Assembly: GCA_040387495.1 (NCBI GenBank)
Contig: JAZKDQ010000006.1
Coordinates: 49,391-113,390, forward strand
Direction of reading: 5' to 3'
Length of the DNA: 64,000 nt
From: Pseudomonadota bacterium
GTDB lineage: Bacteria > Pseudomonadota > Alphaproteobacteria > Paracaedibacterales > CAIOTO01
Part shown: positions 9,516 through 17,933 of the stretch, one piece after another
Layout: every line of letters starts with the position of its first letter
How positions within the stretch are numbered: the stretch's first letter is position 1
Notes under the pieces: generated by a model
Seen by the model: the letters and a program-made list of their open reading frames with translations, nothing else
The model's database searches: none
What the model was told of the DNA's origin: nothing
Made by a program: the position numbers and the translations under genes

Positions 9516-10447
9516 ACTAGGGAGGCACCAGAGCCAATGGCATTCGGTTAGTATACAACTCCAACTTTTTGTCCCTTTTTCCCGCACTTTTTCTCTGGTT
9601 TATAAGATCGCCTTGGAAAGGATCTGCCCGTTCGAATCTTTTGTCGTACATTAAGAATCATGCCAATAATTTTAGCTGTCCAGTCTTTTATTTCTTCATA
9701 CGTAGCAAGAAATAGATTATCTACATAGCGTCCTACAACCATGAGACAATTTTAAAAATTAATATTAAACATAGATGCTGGATTGAAGAACTTATAGAAA
9801 TTAGCCTGGTCACACTTTTCTTTATCTTCTTGATTCATTGGAGGCAAACTATCTTGAGCATCATATTCAAAAAATCGTGACAACTTAATAAACCTTGAGG
9901 ATAATGTCGGCGTTCTTCGTCATAAATTTTGAATCCGAAGTTTACAAGTTCATGAGGGATATTAATTCGTGATCCATCTGTCGCATAGACGCGATGTCCT
10001 CGCCAAAGAGGAAGTGAACGTTTTGTATCCCAATTTTTTAACACGTCTTTGTTAATTTTCTTGAAAATATCTTCGGATACTTTTTGGCGAGCCTCACAAA
10101 AAGAAGATGCGGCTACAGGCTTTGTCTGCGGCAAAACTATGTCTTTTTCAGCACATCTATCCCAGAACTCAGTCAGATTTATAGTAAGCCCTCGGTTTTT
10201 GTCGCTTAGGATTATTTTAAAAATCATAAGGATAATTATTTTACTGTTTAAAACACGATTTCGCTTTTTCCAACTGGCATCATAGTCGACACAAACTTTA
10301 TCTATAATATCCCTAACGCTTGACCAATAATCTGTTATTCTTTCTTGTTCAATCATAGAAGTATACTCCCATTTACATGAATTCATAAGAAGTATAACAT
10401 GTTTCTTTTGGTAACCGAATGCCATTGCTTGCAGAAGACCCCCCTCA
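9516..10447 (-). mobile_element. Remnant of an IS4-like element bounded by imperfect inverted repeats of about 35 bp
   Basis: CCAATGGCATTCGGTTA at 9534-9550 and its reverse complement TAACCGAATGCCATTG at 10412-10427. Weaker similarity continues outward on both sides, ending in CT[A/G]AGGG. The repeats enclose a truncated DDE transposase ORF. Confidence 0.55.
9835..10356 (-). pseudogene. Truncated IS4-family (DDE) transposase, N-terminal part only
   Basis: From M at 10356: MIEQERITDYW...NRVLNSKIIILMIFKIILSDKNRGL...SSFCEARQKVSEDIFKKIN...WRGHRVYATDGSRINIP. This is the typical IS4-type N-terminal region up to the first catalytic D (xxDGS). The ORF stops shortly after that. The 64-aa ORF at 9548..9742 may be a further degenerate piece. 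Confidence 0.65.
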
Positions 10448-10583
10448 GGGACAGATGATAAAGTGATGTCATAAAAAACCAAGTTAAAGATATTTTCCCT
10501 AGCTTGGCTAATGTATTTAAAAATGTGTTGTTCTAAAATAGCCCTGGCTTTTGTTTACCTTCCGATATGTGACCCAGGCAATT

Positions 10584-13500
10584 TTATGGGCGCATTTTAT
10601 ATAGACTAGCTTTAGACCATAAATTTGTGCCCGTTATTTCTTCAGGACCTTGTATGATTTTGGGACTCGTTGAATCTGAAAGGTCAATGAATATTGGTTC
10701 TTTTTTGTGAAAATCAGGATATTCTTTAAAACAAACTACAGAGTTGCTCATTTGACCATATGCATCGAGACATGAAAATGCTCTACCTAAGATTTTTTTC
10801 GCTCCATCCTTATGCGCTACTAATTGCCAAAATTCACTAACATAGCCATAAGATGACACATGATAACCTTTTTGTGATCCAGGTATATATTCAATCATAA
10901 GACTTCCCGAACCCTGAAAAGAAGAATCTGAGGGGAAACTTATACTTCCCAACTTTCGCTTTAAGGCAGGAATTGGGTCACCAAAATCCTTAGCATCATA
11001 TCGAAACGCACTTTCTGACGTTGTGGGCATGTTAAGATTTTTTCCCTGTTCAATATCCATGGCATCTCTCTGCGCCGCAGCACCTCTGGCTTCAGCTTCA
11101 TCCTCTTGCATGAACTGCCGCTGAAGAGTAGCTGTTAAATTACTTTGTATTTTTTTATAACTTTCACTTGTTTTATCGGGATGTGCATCAAGAGCCTCTT
11201 TAAAAAGCTCTATGGCACGCGGAAAATCGCGGACAACACCATTCGTTCCATTACGAAAAGCATCTGCATATTTATTAATCATATATGATAAACTATTTTG
11301 TATTACCTTATAATAACTGTTCGTTTTATCTGGGTATAAATAAAGACCTTCTTTGAAGAGTTTAATCGCACGCGGATAATCGCGAATAATATCATTCATT
11401 TGAAGAAATAAATCGGTCGCATATCCATGAAGGGTAGTTGCTAACTTACTTTGTATTTTCTTATAACTTTCACTCGTTTTATCGGGATGTACATTAAGAA
11501 CCTCTTTAAAAAGGTCTATGGCACGCGGAAAATTGCGGGTAATATAAACGTCATTCGTTCCATTACAACATTCAAGCGCATATGTAATAAGGGTATTTTC
11601 TAAATTACTTTGCAACTTCTTATAAAATTCCTTTGTTTTATCGGGAACCATATCAAGTGCTTCTTTAAAAAGCTCTATGGCACGCAGCAAATCGCGGACA
11701 ACATCGTTTGTTCCATTACGAAAATCATTTGCATATTCATTAAGTATAGTTGACAAACTAATTTGTATGTTTTTATAATTTTCACTCGTTTTATCTGGAT
11801 GTACATCAAGGGCTTCTTTAAAAAGTTCTATCGCACGTGGCAAATCGCGGGTACAACCATTCGTTTTATGAAATAAATGGCCCGCATATGTATTGAGGGT
11901 ATTTGCTAAATTACTTTGCATTCCCTTATAAGATTCCTCCGTTTTATCGGGATGTACATCAAGAGCCTCTTTAAAAAGTTCTATCGCACGCGGCAAATCG
12001 CGGGTACAACCATTCGGTCCATAAAATAAATGATGGCCCGCATATGTATTAAGGTAAAGCACTAAATTACTTTGCATTTCCTTATAAAATTCCTCCGTTT
12101 TATCGGGATGTACATCAAGAGCCTCTTTAAAAAGTTCAATCGCACGCGGCAAATCGCGGGTACAACCATTCGGTCCATGAAATAAATGATGGCCCGCATA
12201 TGCATTAAGGGAAATTGCTAAATTATTTTGTATTATTTTATAACTTTCACTCGTTTTATCGGGATGTACATCAAGAGCCTCTTTAAAAAGCTCTATGGCA
12301 CCCGGCAAATTGCGGACAATACCATTTGTTCCATTACGAAGATCATTTGCACATTCATTAAGTATAGTTGATAAATTAATTTTCAGCTTCTTATAATGCG
12401 CGCTCGTTTTTTCGGGATGTACATCAAGAACCTCTTTAAAAAACTCTATGGCACGTGGCAAATTGCGGACAATACCATTTGTTCCATTACGAAGATCATT
12501 TGCATATTCATTAAGTATAGTTGATAAATTAATTTTCAGCTTCTTATAAGGCGCGCTCGTTTTATCGGGATGTACATCAAGAACCTCTTTAAAAAACTCT
12601 ATGGCACGCGGCAAATTGCGGACAATACCATTTGTTCCATTACGAACATTATTTGCATATTCATTAAGTATAGTTGACAAAGTAATTTGGATATTTTTGT
12701 AAGAAATGTCAGTTTTATTGGGGTATATATCAATGGATTCTTTACAGATTATAGCAGCACGCAGCAAATCGCGGGTAGAACCATTGGTTCTATTAAATAA
12801 ATCGGTCGCATATGTATTAAGAGTACCTGCTAATTTTTTTTGTATAGTTTTATAAAGCGCGCTCGTTTTATCGGGATTTACATCAAGGGCTTCTTTAAAA
12901 AGTTCAATCGCACGCGGCAAATCGGGGGCAATACCATTTACTACATTACGAAGTTCTTTTGCATATTCATTAAGTATATTTGATAAATTAATTTGCATAG
13001 TTTCATAAGAATTTTCAGTTTTATCGGGATGTACATCAAGGGCTTCTTTAAAAATTTCAATCGCACGCGGCAAATCGCGGACAACACCATTTGTTCCATT
13101 GCCGAAATCAACTGCATATTTATTAAGTATAACTGCTAATTCACTTTGTATAGCTTCATAAGAAAAACTCTTTTTGTTGGGGTCTAAAGGATGAATTTTA
13201 TTGGGGTGCACATCAAGAGCTTCCTTATACAGTTCAATCGCACGCAGCGAATCACGAACAGGATTATTCTTGGCCTCTATACGCAATGCCTGCCATAGCC
13301 CTTTTGCATGTCCTTCGGCTAGTTTTTCATTAGTTACATTTAAAGAAAGACAAGCAAAACTAAGGTTATATATTTCACTCATGTGATCATTAGAAATAAT
13401 GCTATCTGAATTTAAAAGTAAATGTTCTAATTCTGATGGCACAGTGCGTTTAAACACAAGTAAAGGTAAAGGCATACCATCTACATCATGACCACGTGCC

Positions 13501-14462
13501 CGAAGTGTTGGGTTATAATAATAAGCAATAACCGCCTTTGTTATATCAGATTCAGAAGTTTTCACCCCACGTGAAGAGGTGGAATAAAGGGGATAGGACT
13601 CTGGATTATCAAATATATCTTTTACAAAAGCCACTCTTATCTCATTTTCCCTATTGAGATATTGTTGTTTTTCATCAAGTGTCAAGGTAACAACGTAAGA
13701 CCAGCTACTTAGCCCGTCGATTTCCCAACCTTTGTAATTTCCACCAGAAATAGCCAACTGGTCGTAAACTTTAAACAAATTCAATTTTGGCGCACAAAGA
13801 TCAAAAATATCTCCTGAAAGCCTGATGAGCTTTGGGTTTTGTATAAGCACATTGCGTACGGCACCCGTAAATGATGCCACAGTCTTAGCAGACCATCCAT
13901 GAGCTGTCATATTTTTAATAACAGAATCAACAAACGCTTCTGAAACTTCCGTATCTGCAGATTGCTGTAACCATAAATCAGCAAAATCTTCATTATCAAG
14001 TGCTGTTTGTGCTAGTGCGTCAATTGCCATAATTGATGCAAGTTGCGGTATTTCTGTAAGACCGTCGTTGGAGTCAAAATTAGGAATATAACGATTAATC
14101 ATACCACCCTTACCAAGACATGGCTGACCTGGGAAGGTCTGACGTGTTTGAATAACGGAATTAACAAGAAGATCTAGTGATTGACCTGATGGTAATGTCA
14201 CCTCTGTGCAAATTTTCATAATGCAACTAGAAATCTCAGCGGTTAATTCTTTAAGTGCCGAATAGTCATTAAAAATGGCCTGTTCACGACGCTTTTCAAG
14301 ATCACGTAAATCATGCAAGACTGAATCTGAGCTACGTACATCTAAGGATGTTGATGATTGGGCTACTTTAGAGGCTAGCTCACTTGCGAATGCGACGGTA
14401 AATGGAGCAAGTATTGCAAGCGTCAGCGCTGTAGATGCATAAAGGTATTTTTTGATTTTCAT
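10584..14462 (-). CDS. Large secreted repeat protein: signal peptide, N-terminal domain of about 400 aa, 14 x 51-aa TPR-like repeats, C-terminal domain of about 175 aa
   Basis: ORF track 10584..14510. Preferred start is ATG 14462 (MKIKKYLYASTALTLAILAPFTVAFASE). The repeat consensus is [VT]RDLPRAIELFKEALDVHPDKTSESYKKIQSNLxxxLNxYAxxxxNGTNG. The flanking domains are unrecognisable. Confidence 0.8.
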   Translation of the reverse strand: MKIKKYLYASTALTLAILAPFTVAFASELASKVAQSSTSLDVRSSDSVLHDLRDLEKRREQAIFNDYSALKELTAEISSCIMKICTEVTLPSGQSLDLLVNSVIQTRQTFPGQPCLGKGGMINRYIPNFDSNDGLTEIPQLASIMAIDALAQTALDNEDFADLWLQQSADTEVSEAFVDSVIKNMTAHGWSAKTVASFTGAVRNVLIQNPKLIRLSGDIFDLCAPKLNLFKVYDQLAISGGNYKGWEIDGLSSWSYVVTLTLDEKQQYLNRENEIRVAFVKDIFDNPESYPLYSTSSRGVKTSESDITKAVIAYYYNPTLRARGHDVDGMPLPLLVFKRTVPSELEHLLLNSDSIISNDHMSEIYNLSFACLSLNVTNEKLAEGHAKGLWQALRIEAKNNPVRDSLRAIELYKEALDVHPNKIHPLDPNKKSFSYEAIQSELAVILNKYAVDFGNGTNGVVRDLPRAIEIFKEALDVHPDKTENSYETMQINLSNILNEYAKELRNVVNGIAPDLPRAIELFKEALDVNPDKTSALYKTIQKKLAGTLNTYATDLFNRTNGSTRDLLRAAIICKESIDIYPNKTDISYKNIQITLSTILNEYANNVRNGTNGIVRNLPRAIEFFKEVLDVHPDKTSAPYKKLKINLSTILNEYANDLRNGTNGIVRNLPRAIEFFKEVLDVHPEKTSAHYKKLKINLSTILNECANDLRNGTNGIVRNLPGAIELFKEALDVHPDKTSESYKIIQNNLAISLNAYAGHHLFHGPNGCTRDLPRAIELFKEALDVHPDKTEEFYKEMQSNLVLYLNTYAGHHLFYGPNGCTRDLPRAIELFKEALDVHPDKTEESYKGMQSNLANTLNTYAGHLFHKTNGCTRDLPRAIELFKEALDVHPDKTSENYKNIQISLSTILNEYANDFRNGTNDVVRDLLRAIELFKEALDMVPDKTKEFYKKLQSNLENTLITYALECCNGTNDVYITRNFPRAIDLFKEVLNVHPDKTSESYKKIQSKLATTLHGYATDLFLQMNDIIRDYPRAIKLFKEGLYLYPDKTNSYYKVIQNSLSYMINKYADAFRNGTNGVVRDFPRAIELFKEALDAHPDKTSESYKKIQSNLTATLQRQFMQEDEAEARGAAAQRDAMDIEQGKNLNMPTTSESAFRYDAKDFGDPIPALKRKLGSISFPSDSSFQGSGSLMIEYIPGSQKGYHVSSYGYVSEFWQLVAHKDGAKKILGRAFSCLDAYGQMSNSVVCFKEYPDFHKKEPIFIDLSDSTSPKIIQGPEEITGTNLWSKASLYKMRP
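11110..13270 (-). repeat. Intragenic tandem repeat, 14 units, period mostly 153 bp
   Basis: The motif (C/T)ATGGCACGCGG / AATCGCACGCGG (reverse complement of the PRAIE codons) recurs near 11211, 11361, 11515, 11675, 11830, 11983, 12137, 12293, 12447, 12600, 12753, 12906, 13059 and 13240. Confidence 0.85.
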
Positions 14463-15119
14463 TTTTTTTCTCTTCTTTATTTTTATTATGTATGCGGCTG
14501 GAAGTACCATTGAGGGCTCTGTCGCAAATTTTTAGTAGAAGTAATTTTATTTTGAAAAGTTGTTTCTAAGTATAAAAAATTTGAGATTTTCAGCTCATTT
14601 TCTTTAAAGAGCATACTTACTTTTATAAAATTACTTAAAATTTCAGGATGCGATAGAACTGCCGCATTGCTTCTTGCTACGCAGCGGCAAGTTCATTCCC
14701 ATCATTCATACAAAAGCCGTTTCCCACAATAAATGTTTTTGTTAAAAATAATGCTAATTTTCTCATAATTATATTTCTTTTCGACATATTCGATTTTTCT
14801 ATACTTATTATATATACATGAAACAATAAATATTCAAGGAGGGAAATGAAAAAATATTTTAGCCGGATCATATGCCCTCTTTTTCGATGATTTTGGATAA
14901 AATAGCAATACCTATACTCCGTCGTCACTGTGAATCGGTTCTGAGCGCTGTAGTAGCTCATCCTTAACCAATATTCTAAAAAATGAATGTAAAAAGTTTG
15001 GCAGCTAGGGCAGTATTACAATCAGTAAGACGCATGAGAGTCAATAGTTTACTTCTAGTCAGTGTTTTTCTATTACTTCTTGAGGCATTGAAATTAAGAA
15101 AAATCTGACTGTAGGAAAT

Positions 15120-15300
15120 GTGAAATTCCTTAACCGAACGCCATTGGCGCCAGAGCACCCTCAGCGCCTTTGACGAGGTTTTCTTCATTGCGAAACTTCG
15201 TAGAGGGTGTGGCAATCTCTCTCGTGTGTATTCCTCGTGTTTGACACGTGGATCTAGATCCCCGGATCACGTCCAGGGATGACACGGGAGGGGAACATAA
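15120..15300. repeat. Composite repeat copy C: solo IS4-like end plus hairpin modules, inverted relative to copy A
   Basis: TAACCGAACGCCATTGG at 15131-15147 matches the IR core at 9534-9550 / 10412-10427. The reverse complement of 15226-15300 carries CCACGTG-TCAAA-CACGAGG and a GTCATCCC...GGGGATC hairpin. Confidence 0.5.
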
Positions 15301-15339
15301 ATCGCAATGACGGGACTGAATTCAATAAGGTGTTATTTT

Positions 15340-16767
15340 CTACCCAACCATTTGCTTAAGTGTATCCGCAGACGGCGTGCCAAACTCACGTAGCAGCGTA
15401 ATGCTAATGCGGCGATTTGACTCAGCAAAGGGATCTTCTTTCACAAACGGGTCTGTTGCCTCTTTCCCCATTACAGACTCGAACCGTTTCGCATCAACAT
15501 TAAATTCTTCCAGTGTGCGACGCGTCGCATTTGCGCGGTCTGCTGACAACTCCCAATTGCTATACTTACGTGTCCCCACAAAGGGGTGTGCATCTGTATG
15601 ACCCGATATCACGAGCGCATTCGGCATCTTATCAATTAAATTCGCGACCGTCCTAAGCAGCTGTTTTGTAAGCACTGTCATGGAACTACTGCCAGATGCA
15701 AACATTGATCGCTTATCCTTATCTATCAGTTGGATGCGAAGTCCCTCTGGTCTATTCTCAATGATAATATGTGGCATCAACCCTTTTAATTCCGGGTTTT
15801 TCTGAACAAGATTCTTAATTGACGCAGCCACTTCTTTTAGCTTCTCATTCTCGGCCAACTGAAGTTTTTTGATGGCTTCTCGCGTTTCTCTTGACTCAGC
15901 AGCTGCTTTCTCAATTGCTTTTTGCTGCTCCATCTTTTTATCAGATAATGCACTGGAAATAGAGCGTTCATACGTTGTAGCAGCCATGTTATTTTTAATT
16001 GTGTTTGCCGCTTGGTTGAGCGTTTTTTCTTCCATTGCTTTTTTAGACACTTGGGTTTTTGCAGTTTTAATTTCGTGCAGATCTACTTTAATTATTTTTT
16101 CAATAGTCTCATTTATTTTTTTTACTTCTATTTTAGCTGAATCAACTTTAGTAGGCGCAGCTTTAGGCTGTTCTTTTTTAACCTGTTCTGCTTTAGAGGG
16201 ATCAGCTTTAGTCACACCATTCTTTTGCGTCTTGCTCAAAGCTTGCTCTTGTTTCATCTTTAATGGCTCCACGACAACTTGCTCTTTTGCAGCCGATACA
16301 GTTGATTTTTCGACAGACTTGATTGAATCATTCTTTTTTATTTTTTCACTATTCGTAGGGTCAACCTTATTTTTTTTAGCTGCATTCAAAGCATCCTTAC
16401 TAACGTCCTTTTTATCTTGAAATTCATCTTGATGTTTGCTTTTTACTACATCGACTTCAATTTCAGTGCTTTTTGCACGTTCCTCTGTACTTTTCCCGCT
16501 GCTATTATTTGGATTGCTTAAATTAACACCCCCCAACAATCCAGCGCTTCCATTTTGGGTTTGTGTGTTAATAAAACTTGGCGAGAAATAATCGGCGATC
16601 CCTTTACGTTGCTCTTCGCTTGTAACGTTAATCAACCACATAAGCAAAAAAAAGGCCATCATTGCTGTTACAAAATCTGCGTATGCAATCTTCCAACTAC
16701 CACCATGTGCTTCATGTGGTTTTTTCTTACCCCGCTTTTTAATAATAATAATAGGTTTATTATCCAT
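15340..16767 (-). CDS. motB: Flagellar motor stator protein MotB with an unusually long Lys/Glu-rich linker
   Basis: 475 aa. The N-terminus WKIAYADFVTAMMAFFLLMWL is the MotB TM/plug region. The C-terminus has the OmpA-like motif ISGHTD...NWELSADRANATRR. About 250 aa of K/E/A/S-rich sequence lies between them. Confidence 0.85.
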   Translation of the reverse strand: MDNKPIIIIKKRGKKKPHEAHGGSWKIAYADFVTAMMAFFLLMWLINVTSEEQRKGIADYFSPSFINTQTQNGSAGLLGGVNLSNPNNSSGKSTEERAKSTEIEVDVVKSKHQDEFQDKKDVSKDALNAAKKNKVDPTNSEKIKKNDSIKSVEKSTVSAAKEQVVVEPLKMKQEQALSKTQKNGVTKADPSKAEQVKKEQPKAAPTKVDSAKIEVKKINETIEKIIKVDLHEIKTAKTQVSKKAMEEKTLNQAANTIKNNMAATTYERSISSALSDKKMEQQKAIEKAAAESRETREAIKKLQLAENEKLKEVAASIKNLVQKNPELKGLMPHIIIENRPEGLRIQLIDKDKRSMFASGSSSMTVLTKQLLRTVANLIDKMPNALVISGHTDAHPFVGTRKYSNWELSADRANATRRTLEEFNVDAKRFESVMGKEATDPFVKEDPFAESNRRISITLLREFGTPSADTLKQMVG

Positions 16768-16769
16768 AA

Positions 16770-17636
16770 CTAAACATCACCTAGCTGTTGCGTAGCTATT
16801 TCCAATTCATCAAATGTTGGCCGCTGCTCTTCTTCCAATGATTTACGGGCAAACTCAACGATGATAATTGGTGCACATCCATTTAAATACGCAATGATAC
16901 TTGATTTAATGCATAAAATATATTTCTGATCAGACTCGACCACACCTTTAAGCGACTGAGCCATTGGCCCTATAATTCCATACGAAATCAAAACACCTGC
17001 GAAGGTTCCAACCAAGGCACCACCAATTAAGTGACCGAGTATTTCAGGGGGTTGACTAATAGACCCCATCGTATGAATCACACCAAGCACTGCTGCAACA
17101 ATTCCGAGTGCTGGCGTACCGTCTGCCATTTTCTCAATTGCCGTCACATCGCAATGATCCTCATGCATTATTACGTCTATTTCTTCCATCATAAGATCTT
17201 CCATTTGATGGACATTTTCGCTACCCATTGTCAAAAGACGTAAATGATCGCACAAAAATGTTAACGCAGCATGATTTCCTAAGAATGAAGGGAAACGTTG
17301 AAAAATAGTAGATTCATTAGGCGATTCAACATGTGCTTCAAGAGACAGCATGCCCTTTGACTTTGCCAATTTAAAAATACAAAACAAAAGACACAACAAT
17401 TGCAAATATTCTTTCTTATGATAAGTCGGCCCTGCTGCAATACGCTTTATATTACCAACTGTTCGACCTACAACACTTGATGAATTACCAATGGTATAAG
17501 CACCAAATGCAGCACCAAGAATAATCAAAAATTCAAACGGTTGCCATAAAACAGCAAGGTGCCCTCCATTAGCCACATAACCAAATATTACGCTTCCTAA
17601 AACAATAAGTAACCCAATGAGTAATTTCATAATCAT
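16770..17636 (-). CDS. motA: Flagellar motor stator protein MotA
   Basis: 288 aa, four TM segments, with the conserved C-terminal half ...PALGIVAAVLGVIHTM...LGHLIGGALVGTFAGVLISYG.... Its stop lies 2 nt upstream of the motB start. Confidence 0.85.
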   Translation of the reverse strand: MIMKLLIGLLIVLGSVIFGYVANGGHLAVLWQPFEFLIILGAAFGAYTIGNSSSVVGRTVGNIKRIAAGPTYHKKEYLQLLCLLFCIFKLAKSKGMLSLEAHVESPNESTIFQRFPSFLGNHAALTFLCDHLRLLTMGSENVHQMEDLMMEEIDVIMHEDHCDVTAIEKMADGTPALGIVAAVLGVIHTMGSISQPPEILGHLIGGALVGTFAGVLISYGIIGPMAQSLKGVVESDQKYILCIKSSIIAYLNGCAPIIIVEFARKSLEEEQRPTFDELEIATQQLGDV

Positions 17637-17933
17637 TCATGATATTAATTTCTTAATTTTAGTGTACGTACCATTTATTAGGGATTCGTTAATTTTAAAG
17701 GGCTTTAGGAGAAATTAATGTGAGATCAAAAATTTAATAGATTGCAGGTAAATTAACACCAAGAATACGATACATGCGTCATTGCGACCAGTTATTAGCC
17801 TATATTGAAATGATAATATAAAAAATAAATATTACCTTCAATTAACACCAAAATCTTTTGACTTTATTAATTAATTTAAGATAAAATTATATCTACATTG
17901 CTATATGTTTTATTTAACTGGAAGGAAACTCAA

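Noticed and set aside
8013-9550. Looked for ssrA (tmRNA, one- or two-piece) next to smpB
   Set aside because: No tRNA-like acceptor/T-arm (GGTTCGA.TCC...CCA) or tag-peptide reading frame was seen. The only T-arm-like sequences in the window belong to tRNA-Glu and tRNA-Asp.
9548-9742. 64-aa ORF with RYVDNLF, superficially like a reverse-transcriptase YxDD box
   Set aside because: The motif is not YxDD and no other RT blocks are present. The position and orientation fit better as a further decayed piece of the adjacent IS4-like transposase (DRGY-like region). The evidence is too weak to call either way.
11110-13270. Regular periodicity of about 153 bp that could be mistaken for a CRISPR-like array
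   Set aside because: The whole tract is one continuous open reading frame with no unique spacers. The period is a multiple of 3 and encodes a protein repeat.
14677-15215. 94-aa and 79-aa minus-strand ORFs in the spacer between the repeat-protein gene and motB
   Set aside because: They lie in very AT-rich, repeat-containing sequence (the 79-aa ORF runs through the solo IS end). There is no RBS, no domain, and the composition is odd. I treat the region as non-coding. A 19-codon + strand ORF at about 14847 behind AAGGAGGG was also noted, but it is too short to support.
15869-16420. 183-aa plus-strand ORF inside motB
   Set aside because: It is antisense to the Lys/Glu-rich MotB linker. The Phe/Leu/Ser-rich sequence is the expected mirror-frame artefact, and there are no start signals.
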